From: Blasia pusilla
Taxonomy: Eukaryota
Length of the DNA: 64,000 bases
Direction of reading: 5' to 3'
Assembly: GCA_050084515.1 (NCBI GenBank)
Contig: CM114271.1
Location: forward strand, 12,276,001-12,340,000
Shown here: positions 26,044-40,191 of the stretch, piece by piece
How the letters are laid out: each line of letters opens with the position of its first letter
How positions within the stretch are numbered: the stretch's first letter is position 1
Position numbers and translations under genes: made by a program
Notes under the pieces: generated by a model
Databases searched by the model: none
Told to the model about the DNA's origin: nothing
Seen by the model: only the letters and a program-made list of their open reading frames with translations

Positions 26044-26930
26044 ATCATGACCCTCATCACCAAACAACCGGCAAGCGGAACATTAGACCTCTAGCGAAAT
26101 CATGCTATGATGGTTTGCGTGTTCGAGAGGTCTCTTGGAAGAGATGTTAGCGACACAAGAGATGAGACGCAAACAAGGGTGAGCAATTTATGCGTTTATG
26201 GTCATGACTAGGAAACCTGAACAAAATTTGAATCAAGATTTTAGAGGAGTCAAGGAAGAGTGGTTGCCAAAGAGGTGAGAATTGGATTTGGAACATCACT
26301 AGCGTTTGGGGTTTGACTATATTTTGGATCATAACTTTTAGTCCCAAGATGTGTTTGGAACAAGTAAGATGGCATTGGAAAGCTTATGCAAAGTTAGTTC
26401 CAATGCACCAAAGATATTAGCAGATGCATAAGCATAGGCTAAGAAAATGCCGAGAAACAACTCTATTGGGAGTTGGGTTGAGGGCCAAAAAGAGGGGCCC
26501 TAACGTCTATTACCCAAAGATATGGGAATGGCTGAGAACCCCTTTAGTAGTAGTAAGGGGGAAGGTCTCCAAGAGTGCTTGAGACTCAAATCCTACTTTG
26601 GGATGCCACAAGGCGAACCGAGGGTACATAATGGATCGGGAGTTTGATGTTGGGAATGAAAACCCAAACCAAGTGCAATAGAGTTGATTTTGGAGGCAAC
26701 TATTGGATTCCAACCTGCTACTCATTTAGTTGGGTCATGGTTAAGGGCTCATACGAAGTCCATTGGACAGTTAAGACCGCTAGGCATGCAAACTTCATCT
26801 TAGGTGCTTGGATTATCCAAAAAGTCTATCTCAAGTCTTGAAGGATGATTGACCTAGACCACACTAACATGAGTGTGTTTGGGTGTACATCAACAATAAG
26901 AGCGATTCCTACTAAAGGTATGCTTATGCA
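26044..26930 (+). mobile_element. Old chromovirus LTR
   Basis: Begins ..CATGACCCTCATCACCAAA and aligns along its length with the reverse complement of 47308-48331. Confidence 0.75.
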
Positions 26931-27249
26931 ACATTAGAGATTGAAGTTCAAGGGAAGTAGACGCACAACATTAGCTGGTTTGTGATAATGACTCTACACT
27001 CAATCTAGGAAGGCATACGCTACTCCCTCACTTGCTTTATCAAGCAATGCAACCAACTCTATCCACTTTGAGAAATGCTCGACCATCACCAACACAAAAT
27101 GAGTATGGCACTTTGTGAAAGGTAAAGGTCCTACAAAATCCAAGCTCTATCTATAATATAAACCCATAATCGGAAATTGGTGCAACTGTGGAGTCTCAAC
27201 ATTGAATGATGCTCAGACTCAATCATATATTGTGCATCAGGAAAAAAAA

Positions 27250-28560
27250 ATTTGAACATTAGTGTGCATACCTCGCTATCATATGGAACCCAAGATGGGT
27301 TTGAGAATTTTTTGAGGAAGATGGTGGAGATAGTCAAGAATTTTGGTGAATCCTTCGAAGATGGGGAGAAAATTTGTTGGCAGACGACTTATCGGGATGC
27401 GTGGCTTGGGAGAGCAAATTTTTGCTATGGATAGAAGAAGAAAATTGTATAATATGGAATGAATCCAACTTAGAGGATAGATTGGTGAATCAATTCCTTG
27501 ACTGGATAACAAGGAAAATGTTCATTGATTGGGCTCGAGAGTGGAAACATTGGTTTGCAACCAAGAAGATGAAGGCTCTGGTTCAACCAAGTTGATTGGC
27601 CAAATATAAACGTAGAGCTAGTGAGCGAGAATACTATCCATTTCTTGGAATACATAGACAAATTAGAAGGAGTGAATATGAGCACGTATTTCATTGTTGA
27701 GGGGGTTGGAGGTGTTCTATTTAAATGCAAGTTCTTGAGGCCAAAGTTTATATAAAAAATGGAAGATTCATTCTCATATATTGCAACAGTCTTTAAGGAC
27801 CAAAGACATTGAAATAGAGACGTAGTACTAAGATTCAAGTTCAATAAATTGAAGAGGGAGATGGTTACATGGCATAGAGAGCATGCTAGAATCATTTTTC
27901 ATGTTGCTACAATTCCTATTTTGATTACAACAACTCTTGTATTCCCTCTTTGGAAAGGTAGAACTCTCCAGAAGATGTTAGAGCAGGTGGAGATGATAAT
28001 GACCTCTGGAGTTTGGCCGAATAATCCTCATTTCGAGGAATGTAAGGAGTTTATGATGAAAAGGGATGACATTGCTCTCACCATTCTTAAGAATCTTGCA
28101 TATTTCCATAATCATGGTTGGATACAAGGGTATCTTCATATGCATAATATTTTATTGCAATTTTCTGATTGGGATTCTTAGTTATTGAGTATTTCCTCTT
28201 CTGATCTTGGACACACTTTAGTGTTTGTTGGGATTATGGATCTCGAGTTTGCGCAAAAATTTTAGCAAGCATAGTTGGTTGGTTCCATTTGATATCCACA
28301 CTCCTAACCTAATCTTGATCCTTACTTAGCTCCAGAGTTAACTAAACATCATTTGATGCATCTCGCTTCAACTATATCAAAAGATCAATCGTTCATGGAG
28401 TTTTTTTTATGTTTAAAACCTTGGGTTATTCTATGGAGGGTTTTGAGGAATCTATAAAAAATTTGCATATCCCGGACTCGATAAAAAATTGGGAATTTAA
28501 GACCAATCGAGAAGTACGTAAATGGATAACAAGTTGAATTACCAGATCAAGAAGATGGTG
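27250..28560 (+). pseudogene. Degenerate intronless protein kinase
   Basis: Kinase subdomains occur in order across stops: IVEGVGGVLFKC (Gly loop), YIATVFK, LKREM, LVFPLWKGRTL (hinge), LAYFHNHGWIQGYLHMHNILL (decayed HGDLHxxN), VGIMDLEFA (DFG position), YLAPEL. Confidence 0.65.
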
Positions 28561-29399
28561 AATCCAAAAATAGGTGCTCGGGGGAAGGGGGGTGCACATG
28601 AGGGCTATACAAGTAAATACCAATATGTATAGTGCTCTAAAAGAGACCATAAAACAAATAACTATTGTGAATGGTGCTTGTTGTTTGCGCCCCATCCTAG
28701 CACCAATGTGGAGTAGATGTTAGATTGTTAACTTTGGACGAAATTTAGATATCATATTTGTGTAAATATTTATAAAGGATGCATTTTTTGAATATATCAT
28801 GTTATTAGATTGAATGTGTGTTTTTTGTGTGTATGAGATTACAAGTTAAATGAGTTCTTTAATTGGAAAGAAATTTTTTTCTTTTGGAGCTTGACCAAGA
28901 TATAAGTCATGTTCTATCCGAGTTGTGGATCCATTCATAAGTATAATCCCAAAAAGAAATAAAAACTATGTTGAAGCAAAACTTATAGTATTCGATGGTT
29001 AGAATCAAAGTTTCATTATCGATCATGCATTTGATAGCTCCATTTTGTGTTATTTGCAAGAACCAAACATTTCTTTATTGTCCTCACATATGGATTCAAG
29101 AAATATTCCCACAAGAGAGGAAGAAGATACTATAGTGGTTTCTTTGGATTCCAAGTAGGGAGGATGGATAATCCCATAACCAAGCCATCAATCATTGTTG
29201 ATAAGTCGCCACCTCAAGCATGGGCTCATGGTCTAGGATTGGAGGTTTTCATGGAGATAATTGTGGATTTAGGGTCATCCACTAAAATCCAGACCTCTTC
29301 ACTAGTAGCAAGTGATGAGACCTGATCATTAATGTAGTGGGACTATCACCCTTTGTTCCAGAGATTTGAAACTATTTTTCCACAACTCCATGGGACAAA

Positions 29400-30780
29400 G
29401 GCATGGGATGGCCGAAGGTTTAACATCCCCGTGCATTGATGTGATCTATGGATGAAAGATGTTTGGATAGAAAGGAGATGTCATTGCATGAACATTGGGA
29501 GGAAGGTTGAAGTGCGGAAAATATTCATGAAAATGTTGTTTGAACAAACAAGGATGAATGGGGATTGGAGTACATTGTCATTAGGATCAAAAACCTAGGC
29601 TATTACATTGAGGGACCTAGGCAAGCTTCTGAGATCAAGGATACGTGGAAAATCTCCGACAAGTCCATCAACTATGAAGAGGATCCCTAATCCATGTCTG
29701 CAAAAGCATGTTCTTATTGTTCTCGGAAAAATTATCCCATAATCTACTTGGATATCAAGTTCCTTCATCCCTACAATTGCGAGCCGAGCTGAGGAAACCA
29801 GACAAGAGCCCCAAGCATCACCAACTTTGCACGGGAACATTGGTAGAGCTAAACCTTTGGTGTAGCAAGCTCTTCGCTACAATGCATAGGACGTATAGGG
29901 CACACTATAGATTGGGATGAAGAATTTGCTAGAGCCATTGGCATAGTAGGTATTGTGAACCTCTACGCACCAATCTCTATTCTTGGCCGACTTTGGGACT
30001 CATTTTGAGGAATTCATGCTATCCAAAGGGAAGCAATTGATGGACCGATCTAAGGTGGAGATGATGGAGAATTTTTTTGAATGGACAATTATCTTGAAGC
30101 CAAGTTGCTCAAGATAAAAATGAAGATGAGAGTCAAACCCAACTACGAGAAGATGGTCCACAACTTGAAGGATGAGGGACAACATGCCCTAGATAGGTGG
30201 CGAGAGGCAGAAGTGGGAGTCCAAGAGCTGGAGATGATAATGAAAAACTTGATGAATGTTTGTGGAAAGATTGAAAAATATCCTGACGTTTTAACATTGA
30301 AAGTAGAATCCATTTTGATTGTGGAACAAGAAACTTCATATTCTATGCCTCGTTGGTGAAATGAAGAAACTTGGAGATCCATGTCCAAGATGGTGGAAAG
30401 ATCCTTTGATATCTATTCCATATTTGGCACATCCACGGGGAATGTATACCCAACTAGTTGCTAAAGGGAGACAATCCTCCATCGAAGTCGAGGAAGGAAT
30501 TCATTATATACATGGACAAGGATATGCATGGTACTTGCAGAGTTATAATTCCATGTGTATCCACCTTTGCATTCAGATATGGAGGATCTATCATCCAATC
30601 AACTAGTGGAACCATCTAATTGGAGGAATGATTTGACTGACCGCGAATGGCAAAAATTTGACACGATGGCTATCCTGCCACGTGATAGCCAGATCATGAC
30701 TCGTTCTTCAGATGTATCTTGGAGAGAAATCGGTGAGAGTTCTTATAGCGCACACAGGATTTGTAGTTTAAAATTATAGT
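29400..30780 (+). pseudogene. Decayed unknown ORF with coiled-coil segment
   Basis: Purine-rich, coding-like fragments in successive frames (e.g. ORF 30081-30359 EKMVHNLKDEGQHALDRWREAEVGVQELE). No family recognised. Confidence 0.3.
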
Positions 30781-31279
30781 TTTTGAGAAGATAAATTACT
30801 TACTTTTGTGGAAAGATAGTTTTACTTTATTTGCATTGTATTCAACAATGAAAGATTGAAGAAGACAATTTTTCAATTATTTCCTCAAAGGATGAGAATG
30901 TTTGTAGTTTTTATTATTTAGTTTCCACCTTCATAGTAATGGATATTTTAATTTCCATAGGAGAAAAGAACTGAAAACTATTTAGTTTTTCTCCGAATTA
31001 TCAAAAAAATCAAATGATTGAGGTTTTCTTTTAATTATGTTTGTAAGACTAGAACATAAGAATTTTTGGGTGTCATTATGTGAGGCGTCACCCTGAAAGA
31101 TTCACTCCTCAATTAGTACTCTGGATTTAAAATTATCAATGTTATTTTTTATATTATTTTATTCAATTTATACAGTAAGTGTGCCTCGTGAAAAGTATAT
31201 ATATCTATTTAAAGAACAATAATGTTTTCTTTTATGATGCTTAGTCTAGGAATTATTTGTATCTTTCAATGTCAAATCT

Positions 31280-32900
31280 AGTCTAAAGGGAAAATTAGAA
31301 GGAAACTTCAAAATTGGGAAAAAAGATGTTGGATAATTAGAGAAGAGTGGACATATAAGTATTACTAAAATTTATGGAAGTGGTTTTAGTTTGGGAAATA
31401 ATAGAAACTTTCAAGCGTGATTTTGAAGTAAACTTTGGAAACCAATCATCAAATCTAAAATATTAGTTTAATCCTAGCACTATGGGCATTAGCTCATTTT
31501 GTGAATAAGCGCCACATGTGAAGTTTTCAATTCTCTTGACCTTATATCTCAAGACTATAAGCCAAAAATTGAATGGGAAAGAGATTTTAGTAATTATGTC
31601 AAATTTTCATTTTGAAATATAATTTTAAATTTTTTTGAAAGCCCCCTCATATGTTTGATATTTTCTAATCAAATAAAATAAAATAATTAATTATTAGGGC
31701 CTGAATATATAAAATATTCAACTTTCAACTCTCATTTGGAGGGGAAATTAGATATTATTTTGGAAAAATTAGGAAGGATAATAGTGGAAGAGTGGAGAAA
31801 TAATTATGCTTATGAAGGGTAAAATAGACTTCCATTTCAAAATCTAAATTATGTGTAATTTTCAAGGTTTTTTGGGAGGAGAATCGGAACTTTATTTTGG
31901 AAAAATAAAACATTGCATAAAAATGCTAATTTTCTTTTCTTGCTCGCAAGATCATGAGGGTTGGAAAATTAGACTTATTAATAAGCTTGGACTTACTTAT
32001 TTTAAAATTTTAAGGGTAAAAAGTTTGTTTTTTGAGGAAGAAGTAAGAGTTTCATTACTATTAATATATTCATATTTATGGAGTGGATATAATTTTTCAA
32101 TCTGAGCCTTATTTGGAGGGCAAATTAGAATTTATTTTCAATTTTGGAAACCAAAAATATGTTGGATAATAACAAGAGAGTGGACATATAAGTATTACTA
32201 AAATATATGGATATTGGTAATTTTAAGCTCGATTGGATTTATATTTCCTGAAAATGTTGGAAACTAAATCAGATCAAAACTATTAGCTTAATCAAACTAT
32301 TATGGGCATGAGCTTAATTTTATAAGCTCTCAATGAACACTACTTACAAAGCTTTTCAATTCTCTTCAAGTTTTCTTTGAATTTATTCTACATTAAACCA
32401 AAATTTGAGTAGGAAGGAGGTTCAAGTAATTATATCCAGTTTTCATGTTTTAACTTTTCTCACTCTTAAGAAAAAAAAAGGTTTCCCTCACATGTCTTAT
32501 TTTTTATAAATATTTAGGGAATAAGATAAGAAATTTAAATTTTTGGTTTATAGTGGTGATTCTATCTTTTGGAAAAAATTAGGAAGGATAATATTAGTAG
32601 ATTGCAGAAATATTTAGTTTTCAAAGGAATAAGAGTGACTTTCATTTCTAAGTTCTTCCAAAATTTCCAACTTGCTTGGGAGGGAAATTTTTACTATATT
32701 TTGAGAAAATATTTTTGATCAAAATGGAGAATTACCTTTTCTTACTTGGGAGATCATGAGGGTTTAAGAATTGTAACAAATTGATAAGCTTGAATATAAT
32801 TATTTTTAAATTAATAAAGAAAAATAAAATTTTTAAAGTAGGAAGTAGGGGTTTCAATATTATAAATAGATTTATATCTATTAATTGGAAATTTATCTTT
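31280..32900. repeat. AT-rich ~830-bp tandem duplication (partial copies near 34200-34430 and 35700)
   Basis: ATGTTGGATAAT..GAGTGGACATATAAGTATTACTAAAAT occurs at ~31326 and ~32159; GATCATGAGG occurs at ~31950 and ~32752. Confidence 0.75.
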
Positions 32901-33254
32901 ACTTTTTATTCCTAATATTTTTGGAAATTAAAATTTGGAAATTCAAGATATCATGCTATTATAGAAATTAATTTATGTTGATAAGCTCTTCGCAAAGGCT
33001 ATGAATGAAATGAAGCCTCTGAATTGATGTTTGACTTAACCTTTTGTTTAACTAAAAATGAAATAAGAAGTAGTTTTAGTAATGAGATTAATTTTTTTAT
33101 TAAGTTTTTTATCTGTAAAATTTTACGAATCTTCCTAGAATTTCTTATGTGGGTTAATTTTTTGCCCATACGATGCATTGGGTGAGATGATTGGAAATGA
33201 AACAACTCACATATGGAGGATGATAATGTGAAGTTTCTCACGTGTATTATCACA

Positions 33255-33865
33255 GATCAACGAGATCTAGTAGAACACCTTCGAGAGAAGCGGAGGACAG
33301 CTTTAAGAGGTCAAGGATGACCTTCTAAGACCACGGGTAACTTGAGAGAGTAGGTTTTCCCTTCACTTTGGCTCATTTGGAGCCATACAGAGAAATTTAC
33401 TATTTCGGGTGAATTATCGTTTTGAGTAGAGAATTGGATTTCCACGTTAGGAAGTGGCCCTTGACCCCTTGCATCATGTCAAGAGCCAAAGAGGTGACAT
33501 AGGAGCATAAGTTACTGTATAGAGAGCTTGGGAGATGAAAGCGGATGTAGCCAAGGAGAGAGAGCTTTGGAGCTCATTCTCTCTTTATTGAACCTTTTGG
33601 CATGAGGCGGCAGAGCTATGGTCGTCCTTGCCATGTGAGTAACCAAAGCCTCTAATTGGGATAGTGGATTTGGTTTGACATGAGATAGATAGATTTGTGT
33701 GTACTATGGAGAGACATTGTTGTGAGAGAGAACTTTGATTTATTGGAGATATTTTTACATCCAATCATCTCGATGTTTAGATGCCATGAGTTGCATGGGT
33801 TCTTATGTGTTGTGTGTGTCTTTGATGATAGCGATATATGTTATGTATTAATGTGTATGCGGACA
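33255..33865 (+). mobile_element. Partial/solo LTR of the PHD-gypsy family
   Basis: Reverse complement of 24350-25040 (e.g. GGTAACTTGAGAGAGTAGGTTTTCCCTTC); ends GTGTATGCGGACA. Confidence 0.8.
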
Positions 33866-35219
33866 AGTTGTTAGACATACGATAAATTTTTAGACTTAAA
33901 GATGAGAAGGTATGAGAAAATAGTAATACCAATAGATTTCTTTAATAATGCATCTAACTCGATTTTCAAAAAAGACATTTTTCCCTTTTTTAATTGGGAA
34001 AAACCTTCCTGTAATTCTACTTTCTAATTTAGTATACGATAAAATTAAGAAAATACGTCATTATCTCGCTTCATGGAAAAATTATTTCTCAAGTTTGGCT
34101 GATTCATTGGTCCTCAAAATGAGCTAACACCCATGAATAGTCTGATTTTTCCATTAAAAAATATAACTATTCCTTAAAATTTACACAAAAATAAGGATTT
34201 TTTGAATTTCTAGTTTATTTTGGAAGAGAAATAACATGTTATTTTGGAAAATGAGAAATGATACTCATTGAAAAGTGGAAAAATTAATATTCTTCAAAAG
34301 GATGAAAGTGTTTTTTTCTTGCAAATGTGGATGGGAGGAGAATTCAAAGTCTATTTTGAAAAAAAAAAATGATCTCAATGAGTAATTTCCCTCCCTTATA
34401 TTGGAAATCATGAGGTATAAATTGTTTTTTGATAACTTCTTTGAGCCAAAATTTACATTCTCCTTTGTAGGGTCTTTTCCTTATCTATTCATCTTATGGA
34501 GTGTATTGCACATGTAAAAAATTACGAGTCTTCATATTTCCTTAATTAGGAGGCTAACATAATAGCTATCACTAAATTCATTTTTTAAATGAATGAGGGA
34601 GAGGAGGTTTTTATCCATCTGTTTTCATGATGTTACACTCTATATATTTAACATGTGTGTAAAAACTTCACTTTATATTCTCCATTTGTGGGTTTTTTCA
34701 TTTCCATCTGTATGATAGAGGGCATCATACGGGCCAAAAAAGTACAAGTAGAGAAAATAAGAAAAATTTGCAACAACAAACTTTCCAAGGAAAAACACTC
34801 TTAAAAAAAACTTTTCCCTTTTTTTCTTTCCCAATCTAATCACTAAGGTCTAGAATGACCTCTTCATTTTTGGACTTTGGCATGAACGTCCATTTGCCAT
34901 GAAATTGTACATGATTTATGGAAACACTCTTTTAAAGAAGTTGAGAGAGTTTTAGGGCAAGAGTATATAGTTGGAATAAATAAAAATTACCTAAGTCCTT
35001 TTCTCTTTCTTGATCTAAACACCAATTTCAACAAATCTAGTCCTTTAGAACATCCGCTTTTGTTCTAATATCAATCATCGTGTACATAAGGGTTAAAAAA
35101 TTTCGGGCGTTCGTAGATTGGTATGGCTATCTTGAATTCTTGTTGTAAGTTTTAATTATTGTTACTAGCTAGAGAGTTTACTCCAAACAAAGGTGACATT
35201 TTATTGCTTAGAGTCAAAT

Positions 35220-35695
35220 GGTTAGGTTTAGGGTATAGAGTGTATGGCTTAGGGTGTAGAGCTTAGGGTTTAGGATGTATGGCTTTGGGTTTAGTGTGTA
35301 TGACTAATGGTTTAAGGTGCATGGTTGAGGGTCTAGGGCATTTTTTTGTATAGTTCTAATTTATTCTAGATCATATTATTTCTAGCTTGATAATCATAAG
35401 CAATGGAGGAATCATTGATATATGGATTCTCAATGGTCATGATAGAAAAGTAATAGATTCCTTGAAGAAAGAAAAGAGAAGTCACAAAAGTGAATAATTT
35501 CATATGAATTTTCCTACAATTGAGGGTTTAGGATCATAAAAAGTTACGATTTTAGGATCTACCTCCAACTTGCATGAAGTAGTAGAAATAATTTACAGAA
35601 ATAATTACATACACCTTACATCCTAAGCCCTACACCCTCAGCCATACACCCCAAGGCCTAAGCTTAAGCTTACATCCTAAATCCTACACCCTCAA
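35220..35695. repeat. Two degenerate telomere-like tracts in inverted orientation (TTTAGGG-type 35220-35340; CCCTAAA-type 35610-35695)
   Basis: GGTTTAGGG/GCTTAGGGTGTAG on the left, and CTAAGCCCTACACCCT/CCTAAATCCTACACCC on the right. Confidence 0.7.
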
Positions 35696-36059
35696 TATGG
35701 ATATATAACTATTACTAAAATCTATGGAAGTGATTCTAGTTTGGGAAAAAATTAAAACATCGAATAAGATGGATTCAAACAATTAAAGCTTTAAAAACCC
35801 ATTTATTCCATAAGCTCATACCACATGTGCAACTATAATAATTTAAATAACAAACCGCTTTACATTTAATGTCCTCAAAGGAACTACAAATGATCCATGA
35901 CATTGATTATACCAAGAAAATTAGAATTGTATTGAATTTCAATTATCATAATGTTACTAAGTTAAACACACTTTATAAAATAAATTGATAAATCACAACA
36001 ATATTATTTTAAGTTATAATCAAGATTGAGTAACATTGTTGAACTTAATCTTCTAGTAC

Positions 36060-38470
36060 TAGGTTAGCGCCAAAGGTTATTCTAAACTTTACAAAATCAG
36101 CCACATGAGTGGGGATACTATCACCTAGTAATGCGGACATGACATGGGGTTTTCACTAACATTCATCTCCCTTTTTTTTACATCCCAATTTTGATATCTT
36201 CTACTTGGGGCAAGGTTTCCTTGTTTGAATGTCTTCAATGGCCACCAATATGGAATTTTGAAATTATTATATGCTCCAACTCCAATGAGAACTTGTCCCA
36301 TCCATATGGGATATTCTTTTTTTTTTTTTTTGTCTTGGTCTAATTAGAACAAAGTCTCCAACATTGAAATCTACCAATGCACCCTATGTTTTCTCTATTG
36401 ATAACATATCAACTCTAAATAATGGGAACTTGAGTGTTTTGTTTGGTTAGAGGCCAAAAGTTCTCCAATATCTAAGAGAATGATGAAGTGATGCCATGGG
36501 CTATTAAATTCCTCATATTATTGGTACTAGAGTCTTCATTTCTTGCTGCCTTGTGATTTAATCGCAAATTTTATACCTTGTCCTCAGGGTTTCCATGAGG
36601 AAAAAATTGGTCTAATTCCTTAATCATCTTCTTCCACTTCCGTGCTAGTTTTTGGAACTCCACCTTTGAGTTTCTGGAAGACTTGCTTATCATATTCTCA
36701 AAGCACTCAATGTAATGAGCAACATCTTTCTTGACATCGGAAACAACCTTCAAGGGTGTGGCAGTAAGCACTTTGGAATCAAGGGTATGGACTCCAAAAG
36801 CCATATATGCATATATGGCTTTTGGAGTCCATACCCCTAATTCTTTTCTTAGGCTTGATGAAATGTTTCAAGTAGTTAAGAATTTCTTGAACCACTTATG
36901 GTGTTGGATTCGATGAAGTGAAGTTAAAAAACTATGTGGCAAGATCTTTCAAGGTATGTGCATTGTGTTGTCCCAAGGTTCCCAAAACCTTGCTAAACAT
37001 AGTATCAACATCTTTGTGAGTGTGTCCGGGTATGAGAAAAGCCAAGTGAATCTCTTTGAATACCTCTCTATAAACCAAAAGGGCCAAGTACGCCTTTTAA
37101 AAAAAATCTTTTCCAGAGTTATCTGTTTGTAGATTCAGAACCGTAGGCAACTTCCTCAATCCCTCTTTGGTACACTCCTTAAGCCTATAAGCTATACGGA
37201 GTAATCCATCAAGATTTTCCTTGCCTTTCAAGAATCGACTATGAAGTGGAGTTAAGTCGGGGCCGTCTAAGAACTTCTTTATTTCACTACGATGGTTTTC
37301 TGAACTTCAAAAAAACTGTGCCAATGATCAAATAGTCCAATTAGATCCCTGCATATAGACACTTATGTCAAATTGAGAAATTGCGCACGCTCCCTACCCA
37401 TGATTTAAGATACCTGCAATAAGAAAAACGTTTATTCAACTTAATATTCAAGTACCTAAAGAGGTACTCGTTTCTGCAAACGTGCTACTTGCAGGAAGTA
37501 ACACTTGGGTTTGCAAGTTGCCATAGGTAAGAAATGACGGGCCCTATGAGAACTTTAGTTTCTATTAATGGAGGGAATTTTTCGGTATAGAGAAAAAAAT
37601 TGGAACTTAAGTCCTATTAAGTGAGCAACGTCAAGATAGCCCTACGGAGATGCTAACTATTATCTTCTTGTTAAACTATTCTCGTGGTTAATATAGTGTT
37701 TTCTTGCAACAATTTCCTATAGAAGTAATAAAAGATAGTTGAGGTACAACCAAATATTTTGTTTGTTGCCACACTCTTGGCAATCCTAGTTTGAAACTAT
37801 CCATTTTGTCGTGGATTAGGCAAAGATAAGAGTCGGGATAACGCATGGATTCCACTCACCAAGTGTAAGACAAACTCCTTTGAGATCTTTGCGGATCATC
37901 ATATTCCACTATCCATTCTTTAACAACTGCCTTCTCCTTGTTTGTTGATGCAATTTTTTTGATAGACTTCAACATTTAATAGGTCACACAACGAGAAAAG
38001 TTATCACATGATTTGTTAATGGCAATATTAGAGAAATTTTTTATTTGACTAATAATTGATTATGAGACTCGAAAAGATGTATTGAGGGCTGAGTGCTTCC
38101 TCTTCCTAATATCCACGGAATCAAAGTATTTTTCTGTAATAAGATATGTGGGATATTTTTCAAATATTCCCACCATATCTTGTAGCCTTCTTCCATCCGA
38201 TGGGTGGTTGGTCCATAGTATGACTCATTAATTATTACCTATACCCACGATTCGTTGGTTTTCAAAGAAGGACAAAGGTTGAATCTCATCTAAAATCAAA
38301 GCTTTTTGCAACACGACTTGATCCAATAAGAAGCTCATATCCCTTTGAAATTTTTAAGGAAACTTTCTTTAATTACTACGTAGGGCAATGAGGCCCTCCT
38401 TCCATATCCTCATGTTGGCCAAATGTATTAATTGTTATAACTCCATTACGAGGCCATTTGATGAATATTC
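36060..38470 (-). pseudogene. Degenerate DUF7869/Sola1-like transposase (copy B, inverted relative to copy A)
   Basis: Reverse-complement homology to ~4530-7760 throughout. 36060-36106 matches 7713-7760, ~37000-37045 encodes FLIPGHTHKDVDTMFS, and ORF 36571-36804 matches 6847-7104. Confidence 0.85.
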
Positions 38471-38479
38471 CAATGGAAT

Positions 38480-39460
38480 TGAACAAAGATTCTTCATTGT
38501 ATGTGCTTGTGGAGCTTCCTTTGAAGAAGATTGGCTCTTAAAATCTGATTCCAGCGGATGGAGCTATTATGGAGCCAAAATAGCATAGCTCCTTCCACAT
38601 GCTACTGTAGGATTGCCGCCAAGAGGACCTTCCAAATACTTGGAGGATAGGCGGTGGGTCTGAGCTTATTTGGAACAAGAGTTCTGAATTCTTTTCTATT
38701 GACTCTTAAGATTGGATTGGGACAGTACAAGCTATTCTCGAGCTGGAACAACATCTTCCATGGCCAATTGTAAGGCTCCCTCCAACAAGAGTTTCCAAAA
38801 CTTGGAGGATAGGCGGTGGGTCAAAGCTCCTTTCAAGCTAGAGTTCCGAATGCTTTTCAATTAGTTCTCGAGATCCAATTCTGACGGTACAAGCTATTCT
38901 TGAGCTCAAATAACATCTTCAGCGACTCATTGCAAGGCTATTCCCCATAGGACTTTCCAAATAGTTGGAGCATAGGTGGTGAGTCGGAGCTTAGTTGGAA
39001 CTAGAATTCCTAATGATTTTGAACTTTCCCAAGAAGATCCAATTCCGGTAGTAGGAACAACTCCTTCCATGGGGTACTACAGGGTTGTCCCTAGTAGGAC
39101 CTTCAAGATAGTTAGAGGTCGTTTGAAACTAGAGGTCCGGACGAACGCTTTTGAATTCACTTTTGAGCTCCAATTCTGGCAGTGGAGTAGCTCCTTCCAT
39201 GGGCATTTTCAGAGCTTTTCCTAAGAGGACCTTCAAAATAGTCAGAGTTCATGTGGAATTAGAGTTCTAAGTGCTTTGGAATAGGCTCTTTAGATCCGAT
39301 TCCGACGGTAAGAATGGCTCCTTTCGTGGGAAACTCCAAGGCTACCCCCATGAGGACCTTGGAATTATTTGGCGGATAGATGGTGGGTAGGAAGTCCTTT
39401 TGAACTAGAGTTCCAAATGATTTGGAATTGGCTCTTCTTAAGATCTAATTCTGACAATAG
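38480..39460 (-). repeat. ~160-bp tandem array upstream of transposase copy B (continues at 41270-41480)
   Basis: AGGACCTTCCAAATA..GGAGGATAGGCGGTGGGTC..GGAAC-A/T-AGAGTTC recurs at ~38625, 38790, 38950, 39095, 39226, 39353 and 41399. Confidence 0.85.
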
Positions 39461-40191
39461 GTATTTGTAACCATAGTTCTCGATGTTGTTGAACTAGTTT
39501 GTTTTTTTCCTTTGTTTCTTAGGAGAAGAGGAATATTTGGAACTTACATTCTGATTTCTCGTTCCTACTTCTTGCAACCACATTGAAGAAGTAGACCAAC
39601 CAAACATATGGACTCCAAACGTATGAATTGTACTTATTCCCTAGTTAAACAATTTGTATTTCCATTTTCCAATCCCGTAGTCCAACGGAAGAACCCTAGC
39701 TAAGTCTATCCTTTCTCTAATGTGTCCATGGAGGTGTTATAGATATCTCATTGCATTCAACCTTTTGCCCCTATCATTCTGTATCGGTCGTAAAATCCTT
39801 TAGTTTCTACAATGTCTGCTTTGACGCGGTTAACAAGACTTCATCCACATCAACACTTTAGTTGTGATAACTAACTATACAATATTCCTCTTTAGGAAGA
39901 TGAAGGCCACAGCCGTGAGGCAGGGACTTGAGGAAATTCCCTATTTAGATAGAATTAGAACTTATGTTCCATTTTTGCAAATCCTAAGCGCATAACCTTT
40001 AGTCTATATTTGAATGTCGTTGATGTAAAGGCAACCTCATTCTTCAATTTCCCAACATATATGTGACCATGCACGGTAGGTCATGACAACCTCATTTAAT
40101 TCCATGCTCTGACTATCAAACGTCCACATTTTCATTTTCGTCGCACAAAATTTGATTAGAAACCCCCATACTCACGAGGACTTTCATGATG

